A DNA stretch of 64,000 bases from Planctomycetota bacterium. Its GTDB lineage: Bacteria > Planctomycetota > JAJSAM01 > JAJVHW01. The notes under the pieces were generated by a model. The model made no database searches. It had not been told where the DNA came from and was given only the letters and a program-made list of their open reading frames with translations. The DNA lies in the NCBI GenBank assembly GCA_024280885.1, contig JAJRPF010000020.1:24697-88696 (forward strand), read 5' to 3'. The stretch's first letter is position 1. The number at the start of each line of letters is the position of its first letter. Position numbers and translations under genes: made by a program. This document shows, one piece after another, positions 20,601-29,800 of the stretch.

Positions 20601-21305
20601 GACAGTACACGCGCGACCATTCATGAAGACGGCGAACGAATCGGAACACCAGATCTTCAGCGCCACGGTGCGGGCCGAGTCGGAGCGGATGCGCGCCATC
20701 GCGTAGATGACGCCCGATGTGCCTTGTCGAAGTTGCGAGTCGGGAGAGACCCAGACACTCGTTCCGAGATGCGGCACCGACAGCCACTCGAGCGGGCCGC
20801 GCGGCCCCTTCATCGTGGCGGTCGGGTCAATGGTCGTCGTCTCGGGCGCGTACTTGCGATGCACCAGCGCGTCGGCGCTCCAGCCGAACGGGCCGGCCAC
20901 CGCGAAGCGCGTGACATAGCCGTCGTTGCCGCCGAAGGCGAGTGCGCCCTCGAACTTGCCGCGTGCGCGGGCACGGGATGCAAGGAAGTCCTGGATCGAC
21001 TCCCGGATGTCCGCGTCGCGTGTCCCGCGGTCCAGTACGGGCTGCAGCTTCGTCTCCGCGATCGTCGGGTCCGACGCGTACGGCATCAGCCCCTGCGCCT
21101 TGTCCAGACAGATACCCGCGAATGGCGAGTCGGGAGCTGCCGCGACGGCGTCGAGCAACTCGCCGAGCCACGTGTCGAAGTCGCCACGCGCTTCGGCCTC
21201 GGAGCCGAATAGAGCGGACGGAACGTCGGTGTCCGCCGCGCGGGCGGTCAGTGCTGCGGGGGCCAGCAGGAGGGCGGCGGTCAGGGCCAGAACTCTCGTT
21301 CGCAT
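17658..21305 (-). CDS. Secreted TPR + DUF3857 + transglutaminase-like protein lacking the catalytic Cys
   Basis: Signal peptide; same architecture as the neighbour; EKAGDRGQ where the active paralog has REGDCKDK. Confidence 0.75.
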   Translation of the reverse strand: MRTRVLALTAALLLAPAALTARAADTDVPSALFGSEAEARGDFDTWLGELLDAVAAAPDSPFAGICLDKAQGLMPYASDPTIAETKLQPVLDRGTRDADIRESIQDFLASRARARGKFEGALAFGGNDGYVTRFAVAGPFGWSADALVHRKYAPETTTIDPTATMKGPRGPLEWLSVPHLGTSVWVSPDSQLRQGTSGVIYAMARIRSDSARTVALKIWCSDSFAVFMNGRACTVADREQDRVPSPVWTTARLEAGWNRILVKIAGGGRFAVKLADVATGAAVLDIEAGDPLMTAAEPKSMGAPDARTFKTAAERGAAIAATSGDAQAAAAAALLLSDEGREWQAYTLFVQAAAAAPALDKTVQANLLAAYGRFLATFSELPPIQRKLRAKASFKAALAAFPDHHSATLRLARYENDDDRPDAAVNALQEYVAKNPTAMAWMAIAEISKARTWEREAIAAAEAALSIAPNSATPIRFLAAYDKQYGNNEQHAKRMRRLIDINAGDSTALSQLIRNLRARGKDDEALAAIQELSDRWQASLGYRRQKAGILRNLGRLDESLAIWRGLALLVPDEETNPREEGEILELQGKTDEAITAYERSLALRGYQPRLWRSLTRLRGGVEDFAQRWEPNVEQIIAELPTDEELKKAYPKAVAITLLDHSVVTVHPDGSASTIVHMLYKIMNEKGVQKYGDVSNSGELLGIRAILPDGKVMKPTGLRGRNYNMEGLVPGVIIEHRFLVHQRAGRKGFEAGQFFFQDFEFRKEPNPVLHSRYVVIADADNVPAYEKRNYEADTEVVEFDGKVATIFEQRDMPRIEWEQGMPEKEEIVPYVDYSPAPSMDDANWELLAGRDDSRTSPILREAVGRVVAPEMGDSAKLRAIFDFVNTEITGEFGMGGSAAAILLEKAGDRGQLFEAMIREAGVPYTLGRAMAWRGHARDLTRPTSSVFNAPFLYLRPSDAAPIPLFMGARHAPFGLVPVGYRGSYAFLASADGGEIIVLPAGGGRMDNSAQFTITLGADAESTAVAGDVVYRSGGGFGFKRRLEEMPQDDRRKFAEGQLSGYFASPTLSDFAFPGVETRGEPLTIHLKGTMPQYLSPQSDRFVAGLGLPSSNMTGTYVHRPERVYDLILNVRDDNMDGYTVELGDAFEIAHLPADHLAVSELGTYSLTYRLVGTTLTVRRERHLQPARYTAEQYDGFIAWCKGIDDAEQAKIEYRAR

Positions 21306-21339
21306 GCGTTCACCAGGGGGTTCGCTGGAAGGGGATCAC

Positions 21340-21381
21340 TGAGTTGTATTCGATGAGTTGGATTCGCTGAGTTGGGCTCGT
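21340..21381. repeat. Three tandem 14-bp intergenic repeats
   Basis: TGAGTTGTATTCGA / TGAGTTGGATTCGC / TGAGTTGGGCTCGT upstream of the 21305 start. Confidence 0.7.
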
Positions 21382-21496
21382 TGCAGTGGACTAGAGAGCC
21401 CGGCGGCGTTGAGTGTCCGCAGTGCGTCGTCCGGGAGACGCGTTCGCGTCGGCCGATCGCATTGCGTCAGTCACCCTCGCTGGTCATCTGGCGCGA

Positions 21497-24400
21497 CTAC
21501 TTCGAGCCGTCCGCGGCGGGCTTCACTTTCCAGGTCTGCTTGTTCACCGCGGACGCCTTGATCAGTCCGTCGCGGAACGCCGCGTAGGCGGCGACGGGGA
21601 TGCGCGACTCGCGCATCTCCATGCTGCGTGTCAGCGTGAGTGTGACGCCTTCGTCCGAAGACGACTGCGTGGCCTCCGAGCTGAACGCCGCCTGCTGCAC
21701 CTGAAGATCGATGTCCTCGGGGGCGGCCTCGACCGACCAACCCGCGGGCAGGTGATACGTGGCCGAGAGGCGCATCGACATCGGGTCCATCACGAGCAGA
21801 TCGTGTTCGCGCTCGGGCCGACGCACGATGCTGGTCAGGTCGCTCATGAGATTGACGAACCCCGTCGGCAACTCGCGCAACTCGCCGGCCTCGGTCGCGA
21901 ACTTCGCGATCTCGATCTTCACGCGGAAGCCCTCTTTGGCCTGCGCCATGTCCTTGAGGTCGTCGAAGTCGTTCTCGAGCAGCTTGACCTGACCGAAGGC
22001 CTGCGCCAGCATCCCCTGGAGTCGGAGCGGCCGCTGTCCTGCAACAGCGAACGCGCTGCGCGCCTGGATCGCCATGTCGCCGCGGAACGTGATCTCGCCC
22101 TCGGCGACTGCCGAGCCGTCTGCGTTCACGGTGACATCCCACGTCTGGTCGATGCCCTGGTAGTCGGGCGTGCCCGCCGGAATCTCGACGATCTCGGCGC
22201 CCTCGGGGCGGACGAGGAGGACCCTCGCGCCGCGGTCCATGGCGGGCGGCGGCCCCATCGATGCGTACTCGGCCGTGCCATCGAGGAAGAAGCCCGTGCC
22301 CTTGCCGTCCACATCCGGGACGTAGCTGATGCAGTGGTTGAAGTGTCCGACCATCGCGAGGCTCATGTCCTGCTCGCTGCGGCTGCTCTCCGCGCGCAGC
22401 AGCACCGGATACGACTCGACGCCGATCTCCGAGAGCATCGTGTTGAGCAGGATCGCCTTGTCCTTACAGTCGCCCTCGCGCTTGTCGAAGATCGCCGTCG
22501 TCGTGTACGGCTTGTAGCCGTGGACGCCGAACTCCCACGCTTGGTACGTCACCTCGCCGGTGACGAAGTCGTAGATCGCGCGGACCTTCTCGATGCGCGT
22601 CTCCTTGCCGTCGACCAGTTCGGCGACCTTCGTCTTCAGCTCGTCGCTGACGATGTGCTGGTCGCGGATCATGCTCCACCACCATGTCGCGAAGGCATCC
22701 CAGCTCTCGAACGTGGTGACTTGCACCTGCGGGAAGAGCTCGCCCGCGCCGGGCATGCCCACTTCGGAGCGCACCTTCGGAGCGTTCTTCACGGTCCACT
22801 CGTAGACGCGCGTCTTGCCGTCTTCGCTGAGTGTCTCGGTCGGCTCGATCTCGATGCCCTGTGTGTGGAAGTAGAACTGCCGTTCCGCGGGTGTGACGAG
22901 CGTGTACGTCGAGAGCAGCATCGGAACGGAGTCAGCGAAGTAGTTGACGGTGCCGAAGTAGTCACCGAAGAAGCTCTGGCGGCTCTGGTCTGTCCGGAAC
23001 GCGACGTCGATGACGTCACCGGCCACGAGAGGCGGGAAGTCAGCGAAACTGAACCCGCGCCCGGACTGCGTCTTGGCGTCGACGATGCTGCCGTCCGGCT
23101 TGATCACGCGCGCTGACTTCCACTTGAACGCGCCGCCGGTCGACTGCGCGAAGTAGCGGTCGAAGCGCTTGACGCCAGCGTCGGTCAGGATCTTCGCGGC
23201 CATGTGCGTGTACGAACTCGACGTGCCGTCGGGGTTGACCTTGTTCAGGGTCTGGTCGAGGAGAACGACCCAGCCGTCGTTCTCGGCGTTGTCGTAGTCA
23301 CGCGCCTGCTCGATCAGCGGCGTGATGTCCACCGCGAATGCGTCCTCGTAGGGCGCGGCGGCGGGGTCGAGGAATTCGACGTAGCGTTCGAGTTCCTGCC
23401 GCTTCGGATTGATACGCAGCGCCTCGCGGAACGTGGCCAGCGCCGCGTCCGTCTTGCCGGCCTTCAACTCCACGCGACCCAAGGACGAAAGGAGCTTGTC
23501 GTCTTCGGGCGCGATCGTCAGCGCGTCGCGCAGTGCGGTGGCTGCCGCATCCCATTCGCCCGCGCCTTCGTGCAGTTGTGCGATGCGCACAAGTGATTGC
23601 GTGTCGTAGGGATCGAAGCGACGGATCTCCTGCAGCATGGTGAGTGCGTCGGCGCGGTCCATCGCGCGGAGCGCCACCTCGACGACACGCCGGCGCACGC
23701 CGTTGCTGCGCGCGTCGAGTGCCAGCACCTCGCGCCAGGCCCCGAGGGCGTCCTGGCTGCGTCCCTTGCGATCCAACTCGCGAGCGTAGGCCCGCGCGCG
23801 CGTCTCCGACACGCTGTCGCCCGCGCCCTCGAGAGCGCGTGTGCGCTCCTGTTCCGCGCGCACGCCGAGGCCGCGGCGTTGGAGCACCGTCGCCAGGTCG
23901 AGACGCGCCTCGTAGTAATCTGGGTTGATCTCGAGCGCGGTGTTCAGTAGCTGCTCGGCGCGTTCCAGGTTGATCAGCGAGTGCGTGTAGTAGGCGGCGA
24001 GCGCCCGGTGCGCGACTGCGTAGCTGGGCTGGATCTCGATCGCGAGCTCGCGGCCCTGGCGCTGACGATTCTCTTCCTTTTCGACCGACATCGCGGTCGG
24101 CGGGGCGGAGGCCTCGGCGTAGTGGAAGCGATAGATGGCGTTGTCGGGCTCCAACTCGGCGGCCTGCTTGAGCAGGCTCTCTGCCTTGCGGTCCGAGATC
24201 GCGTCGAACTCGCGGCGATGATGCAGGTAGCCGAGATGGAAGAGGTCGCGAGCGCTGGCGCGCGAGTCGGCGACCACGCTGTCGTAGTAGCCCTTCGCGC
24301 CGGACTCGAGCTCGCCCTCGAAGGGCTTCGCCGGGCCTGCGCCGGCGATGGCTGCGAGAGCGTCTTCGCGTTGCGCCGCGGTGGAAATCCCCGCCAGGGC

Positions 24401-25327
24401 GGAACCGTCGGTCGCCGTCAACCGTGCGCGAAACGCCCATGCGCCGGTCTGGTCGCAGACCTTCGCGAGCATGACGTTCCAGCCCGCGTTCAAGACCACG
24501 CCGACGATGTCCTGATCGAAGTCGATCGGGCGCCGCACGTCGCGAGAGAGAACCTCCGCGCCGTTCCACCAGACCTTCAGCGCTTCGTCGGAACCGAGCC
24601 GCAGTGTCGCGTTCTGCTCCGCATCGCTCTTCACGAACGTAACGACGTACGCCGATGCCTGGTCGTTGGGACGCAACAGCGCGTTCAGGTTCACCGTGCC
24701 GAGTGGCTCGCGGACGGGGACCTGACGCCAGCGCACCTTGCGCTCCTTGCCGTCGAAGACCTGGTCGAGATCGATGCCCTTCTCTTCGGGGCCGTTCACG
24801 GTCTTGAAGCCGCGGCCGCGCTCGTTGTCGAAGGGGCCGACGATCCAGAAGTCGCGCAACATGCCGAGGGCGCCCGCGATCTCCTCTGCGCCCGCGACGT
24901 CCCCGCCCGCGAGTCGATACCGCGCGCGGACCCAGTCGACTTGCCCCTGGAGCACCGGTCCGAGCGCCGACGCGTCCTGGCCTTCCAGGTACGCACCCGT
25001 CGCAGACTGTTGCGTGGTCCTCTCGGAGAGTCCGTCGATCTTCTCGAGCAGGACTTCGGCCCGGGCGAGATTCGCCTTGCGCACCTCGCCGCCCCCTGCA
25101 GCCTGACCGATCGCCGTGTCGAAGGCCTGCTTGAAGGTCTCGAGCGCCACGTCAAAGCGGGCCTGCGCCTCTTCGGCCAGCGCCTGGTCCTCGAGCGGGT
25201 CGACCGGATCGAGCTTCTCCTGGGCGGGGGCGGTGCGCGCTGCGATGAGCGTGGCGCCGAAGGCCAGCGCAAGCGCGCTGCGCGCCCAGATGGAGCGCGT
25301 ACAGAGAGAGAGAGGGATGGACTTCAC
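21497..25327 (-). CDS. Secreted TPR + DUF3857 + transglutaminase-like cysteine protease
   Basis: GDCKDKA (Cys), FNHCI (His), FLDGT (Asp) triad; TPR array; N-terminal beta-sandwich (VGPFDN, LGSDEALKVW). Confidence 0.85.
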   Translation of the reverse strand: MKSIPLSLCTRSIWARSALALAFGATLIAARTAPAQEKLDPVDPLEDQALAEEAQARFDVALETFKQAFDTAIGQAAGGGEVRKANLARAEVLLEKIDGLSERTTQQSATGAYLEGQDASALGPVLQGQVDWVRARYRLAGGDVAGAEEIAGALGMLRDFWIVGPFDNERGRGFKTVNGPEEKGIDLDQVFDGKERKVRWRQVPVREPLGTVNLNALLRPNDQASAYVVTFVKSDAEQNATLRLGSDEALKVWWNGAEVLSRDVRRPIDFDQDIVGVVLNAGWNVMLAKVCDQTGAWAFRARLTATDGSALAGISTAAQREDALAAIAGAGPAKPFEGELESGAKGYYDSVVADSRASARDLFHLGYLHHRREFDAISDRKAESLLKQAAELEPDNAIYRFHYAEASAPPTAMSVEKEENRQRQGRELAIEIQPSYAVAHRALAAYYTHSLINLERAEQLLNTALEINPDYYEARLDLATVLQRRGLGVRAEQERTRALEGAGDSVSETRARAYARELDRKGRSQDALGAWREVLALDARSNGVRRRVVEVALRAMDRADALTMLQEIRRFDPYDTQSLVRIAQLHEGAGEWDAAATALRDALTIAPEDDKLLSSLGRVELKAGKTDAALATFREALRINPKRQELERYVEFLDPAAAPYEDAFAVDITPLIEQARDYDNAENDGWVVLLDQTLNKVNPDGTSSSYTHMAAKILTDAGVKRFDRYFAQSTGGAFKWKSARVIKPDGSIVDAKTQSGRGFSFADFPPLVAGDVIDVAFRTDQSRQSFFGDYFGTVNYFADSVPMLLSTYTLVTPAERQFYFHTQGIEIEPTETLSEDGKTRVYEWTVKNAPKVRSEVGMPGAGELFPQVQVTTFESWDAFATWWWSMIRDQHIVSDELKTKVAELVDGKETRIEKVRAIYDFVTGEVTYQAWEFGVHGYKPYTTTAIFDKREGDCKDKAILLNTMLSEIGVESYPVLLRAESSRSEQDMSLAMVGHFNHCISYVPDVDGKGTGFFLDGTAEYASMGPPPAMDRGARVLLVRPEGAEIVEIPAGTPDYQGIDQTWDVTVNADGSAVAEGEITFRGDMAIQARSAFAVAGQRPLRLQGMLAQAFGQVKLLENDFDDLKDMAQAKEGFRVKIEIAKFATEAGELRELPTGFVNLMSDLTSIVRRPEREHDLLVMDPMSMRLSATYHLPAGWSVEAAPEDIDLQVQQAAFSSEATQSSSDEGVTLTLTRSMEMRESRIPVAAYAAFRDGLIKASAVNKQTWKVKPAADGSK

Positions 25328-25578
25328 GGCGGAATCTCCACGGGGGGCGTCTCGAACCCGCCAGCGATGGCGGGTGGCGAACGTGCGACTATACGGGGGG
25401 AGCGGCCTCTGGCGGCTGGAACGAATGCCCCTGCACGCTCAGGTGCAATTGGCAGCTCCGATTGACAGATACGATCGAGCCCGCGTGCAGGTACCGCTCA
25501 TCGGGGCGCATTCGCACGGAGCGCGTATCCTCGTCCGCCGCAGAACTCGGCACAAGAGCTCTGCGAAGGAGGGACAGG

Positions 25579-26469
25579 ATGAGAGTCGCGATCGGTGGGT
25601 TGATCCTGGCATTTGCGGTGGCGGGGTGCGGGACCAACAAGCTCTCCGGACTCGGTCCCGACGATACCTGGGGAGGTGATCGCGGCGGGTTGCTCATCCG
25701 CGCGAAGGGCCCGTCCGAGGCCGGACGGGGGACCGAACTGGCGGTCGAGGTGCAATTCGACGTTCGCGAGACGCGGCTCCGCCCGGGCGCCCTCAAGCTC
25801 GACCGCAGGGCCCCCGCGCGCTTCGCACGCTTGATCCTGACGCCCGAGGCGGGCGGTACGCCGGTCATCGTCGAGCCGCGTGACCCCGGCGCGGGCTTGC
25901 CCGAAGCCCCGCCGGAGAGCGGTGTGTGGCCCACCTGGATGCTCGCGAGCGAGGCGCCAGGCGCCGTCACGATCACGTTCCCGCTAGCGCGGGTGTGGGC
26001 TGACGCTCCGCTGGGTGACTACACGGCAGCGGTCGAACTCGAGTATGGCAACGACGCGCGCGGCACCTGGCGCGGGAAGGTGCATTCCGCGCCCTTCGAG
26101 CTCGCGCTGATCGAGTCCCCGACTGTGGCGACGACGTATGCCGCACCGACGCGCTTGCGGCTTTCCGGGCGCGACGTCTTCTACGGCGAAGAGGATGTCG
26201 AGCGACTTGTCGTGCAGGTGCGCCCTGGGTTCTCGTTCGGTCTGCGGATCCAGCAGTCCGACGGCGGAGGCATGCTCCACGGTGGGGCGGCGCTCCCGGA
26301 GGTCCCGCGCCAGGTCGGTCGACTCGCCGACGGCCTGCCCCGCGGCGCGGAGTTCCGCTACTGGATGGAGCTCTTCGAGTCGGCCGACCCCCCGCAGCAC
26401 CTGGACGCGCAGCGGGGTGACGGGTACCGCGTCCTCTGGAAGCGCGAGTTCAAGGTGCGCGCGCCGTAG
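25579..26469 (+). CDS. Hypothetical lipoprotein
   Basis: AGGAGG RBS, ATG 25579, lipobox VAG-C. Confidence 0.75.
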   Translation: MRVAIGGLILAFAVAGCGTNKLSGLGPDDTWGGDRGGLLIRAKGPSEAGRGTELAVEVQFDVRETRLRPGALKLDRRAPARFARLILTPEAGGTPVIVEPRDPGAGLPEAPPESGVWPTWMLASEAPGAVTITFPLARVWADAPLGDYTAAVELEYGNDARGTWRGKVHSAPFELALIESPTVATTYAAPTRLRLSGRDVFYGEEDVERLVVQVRPGFSFGLRIQQSDGGGMLHGGAALPEVPRQVGRLADGLPRGAEFRYWMELFESADPPQHLDAQRGDGYRVLWKREFKVRAP

Positions 26470-26504
26470 CGCGTCCCACGTGCCCCGCGTTCCCGGAATC
26501 ATGC

Positions 26505-26535
26505 AGGCGGCGCCCGCGAGATGCGGACGCCGCCT
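26505..26535. terminator. Intrinsic terminator hairpin, possibly bidirectional
   Basis: AGGCGGCGCCCGC-GAGAT-GCGGACGCCGCCT followed by TTC on the + strand. Confidence 0.6.
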
Positions 26536-26621
26536 TTCGCGCGCCGAGGAAAGCCGATCGAATGGGAAGGGAGGGAAGGGAGAGATCGGTTCTTTCACGC
26601 TTGGGGAGCAACCCCGACACG
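26505..26621 (-). ncRNA. Candidate sigma54-dependent small RNA with C/U-rich loop
   Basis: -24/-12 motif upstream; three hairpins (GGGGUUGCUCCCC; GAACCGAUC-UCUCCCUUCCCUCCCUUCCCAUUC-GAUCGGCUU; terminal GC hairpin); no credible ORF. Confidence 0.5.
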
Positions 26622-26632
26622 CTTGGATCGTC

Positions 26633-26647
26633 GCACTGCGTGTGCCA
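26633..26647 (-). promoter_or_regulatory. Sigma54 (-24/-12) promoter-like site
   Basis: TGGCACACGCAGTGC versus consensus TGGCACGNNNNTTGC, correct GG-to-GC spacing, intergenic. Confidence 0.55.
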
Positions 26648-26824
26648 ATGGCGTCTTCGAGCCTGAAGCCCGTGTACCGCGCTCGCCGATAATAGCAATC
26701 GTTAGCGAGCGAACGAAGTCAACGACATCAGATCGAGAGCGATCGTTTGCGATCGTCGAGCACCCCACCGCACCCCCCCCCACCGTGGAGAGCGTGCGCC
26801 TGCCGCCCGCCGGGCGCGTCCGCG

Positions 26825-29800
26825 TCAGAGCAACGCGACGGCCGCGACGATCTCGCGATTGGGGCTCGTTGCGGTGAGGAACGCCTGGCGCTGGTCCGGT
26901 GCCATGCGCTCCGCCATCTCCTGGACGAGGTCGTAGGCCTGCCACAGGTAGACGGCGTGCGTCTCGTCGTCCTGCAGAGCCTTCGCTGCCATGCCCGCGA
27001 AATAGAGACCCTCGGCGCGTGATGAGATGCTGAGGGGGGCGTCGCCGCCGAGCGCGCGGTGGGCCTCTTCCAACTCGGCGCGTGCGCGTGCGTGTTGGCC
27101 CTCGCGGGCGTAGAGCAGGGCGGCGGTCGCCCGCGCGAGGGCCGCGATGCCCGGCATCTCCAGCGCGGGCGCCAGGTCGAGGGCTTCGTCGAGGTACGGA
27201 CGAGCGGCCTCGACGTCGCCGCTCATCGCCGCGACCTGGCCGAGAGCGAGAAGGCTCTCACACACCCCGGGGCGATGTCCGATCTTGCGCCGCAGTTCGA
27301 GCGCCTCGGCGTAGCGACTGCGGGCGAGCTCAGCGTCGCCGGCGCGCACCGCGTTCTCGCCGAGCGCCTGGAGGATCGCGCCCTGGAAGCGCTGTTCGCC
27401 AGCCTTGACCGTCGCGGCGAGCGCCTGCGTCAACGCTGCGCGGGCGTCTCCGAACTGATCGAGTTGACCCGCGAGAAGCCCGAGCGCCAGCAAGGCGGCC
27501 GCCTCGCGCACGGACTGCGGTGCGGCGGTGGACAGGAGCAGTGTGCGCTCTGCATCCACACGTGACTCGGCGTAGCGGCCGAGCGCGCGCGACAGCCCGA
27601 CGAATTGCGCATGGACCGCGTCTTCGTCCTCGCGCGTCGCGACGCGGACGGCGGGGCCCGAGCGCATGCCGAAGCCCTCCGCGATCTGTCGCGCCTGCAG
27701 GTAGAGACGCTGCGCGGATGCCACGTGCCCGCGATGGACTTGCACCATGCCGAGTGACGTCGTGAGCAAGCAGCGTCGCAGCACGCTGCCCTCGGGCACG
27801 ACCCAACTGAGGGCACGGCGGAGCGCATTCACCGCGTCGTCGAAGCGACCCAGACTGCGCAGTGCGCCGCCCAGGTTACCGAGCGCCGCGATCGCCGCCG
27901 TGCGGTCCTTCGCGCGCGTTGCGGTGCGCAATGCCTCGCGGCAGATGACGTCGGCCCGCGCGAACTCGCCGAGCCCGAAGTGCAGCGCGAGACGTCGTTC
28001 GAACGTGCGTCGCTTCAGGAGTGCGACGTTGGTTGCTTCCACTTCCGTCGCCGCGCACTCGAGGACGTCACGCTCTTCCGTGCGGCGTCCCTCGTGGCCG
28101 AGGCAGGTGGCCAGCGCGAGGAGCGCCTCCACCCGGAGCGCGGGAGCCGAGGTGGCGCCGGCAGTGTCGTCGAGATCCAGGAACGCCTGCGCGATGCGGG
28201 CGCCGTCCTCGCTCGCGTATTTCGTGAGCGCGTGATGCAGCGCGGGGAGGACGTAGCGCTGCGCGTCCAGAAGCCGCCCGCCCAGCAGGAAGTGGTGTGC
28301 CAGGAGCATTGCGGCGGAGCCGGACACGTCGGCGGTGGCCGTGCCGTCCGGGATCTGACGTCGCTCCAGGGCTTCGCCGACCAGCGCGTGATACTCCTGG
28401 CGCAGGCCCTCCATCAACTCCGCGTAGAGCGTCTCCTGCAACTGGTGGTGGTCGAAGCGGCAACTGCGCCCGGCGCTGTGTACGAGCCGATGTTTGCGCT
28501 CGATCTGCGAGAGGCGTTTCAGCAGTGCGAGCCGCGGCACGCCAAGAATGCCGGCGAGGATCTCGGGTTCGAATTCCATCCCGATGACGCAGGCAACATC
28601 GAGTAGCTCGCGATCTTCGTCGTCGAGCCGGGCCAACGATCCGTGGAGTAGCTCACGTACGGAGTTGGGCACGTGAATGTCGATCCGTGTTCCGCTGACG
28701 GTCCACGAGCCGTCGTCGCGACGGGACAGCACCCGCTCATGTTTCAGCGTGCGTAGCACCTCGAGGATGAAGAAGGGATTGCCCTCGGTCCGCTCGAGCA
28801 GCCGGAAGCCCAGTTCCTGCACCAACCGCTCGCTCTGCAGCATCGCGCGCAGCAGCAATCCGACCTCGCGAGGGCCGAGTCGGCCGAGCACGTGATGGTG
28901 GATGCGCGAGTCGCGCGCGCCATGCGCCAAAGCGGAGAGCGCGTGCGTGTCGTCGATCGGACGATACGTGGTGACGAGCAACACGCGCGACGCGCGATCG
29001 TCGCGCGCGAGATACGCGAGCAGATTCGCACTGCTCTCGCTGGCAAGGTGCGCGTCTTCGAGTACCAGTAGCAACGGCGTCTTTGCGGCGAGCGCTCGGA
29101 AGCTCGCCGCGAAGAGCGAGCGGACGAGGTCGTGACTGAGCGATTCGCTGCCGACCGGCCGCCCCTCGACGAGTGCGGCGAATTCCGCAATCGGTGCGCC
29201 GCTCGGGAGGAGCCGCGCCAGAGCGTCCTCCAGTTCCTCGCCCTCGACGGCGCGTTGAAGCGCCTCCGAGAACGCCTGGAACGCGCGCCCCGTGCCCGGC
29301 GGAGGGAAGGCCGCGAACGTGAACTCGTGCGCGACACCGTGATCCGCGAGCGACGCGGCGAACTCGTCGATTAGCCGCGTCTTTCCCACTCCCGCTTCGC
29401 CCTCAAGGAGCACGATGCGACGCGCGCCCTCGGTCACGTCGTCGAAGACCCGGCGCAGCGCGGCCATCTCCGACGTGCGACCGATGAGGGGCGCCTCGCG
29501 TTCCACCGGGATGCGGCGCGACCGGCGCCGCCCGGTCTGCTCCCACGCCGTGCGTCCACCGCGTTTCCACCACGCCGATGCATCGCCTTCCAGCAGCACC
29601 TCGAGGACGCCTGCGGCTGTCGCGATCCGCGCTGTCGGATCCTTCTGTGCGAGGTTCTCCGCCAGTTGATCGATGACCGGTGAGACCTCGGGACAGAGGA
29701 GTGAGACGCGCTGTGGTGTCTCGGTGAGCGTGCGCCGAAGAACGACCTGCAGGTCCTGGTGGTAGAACGGATTCTGCCCGGTCAACATCTCATGCAACAA

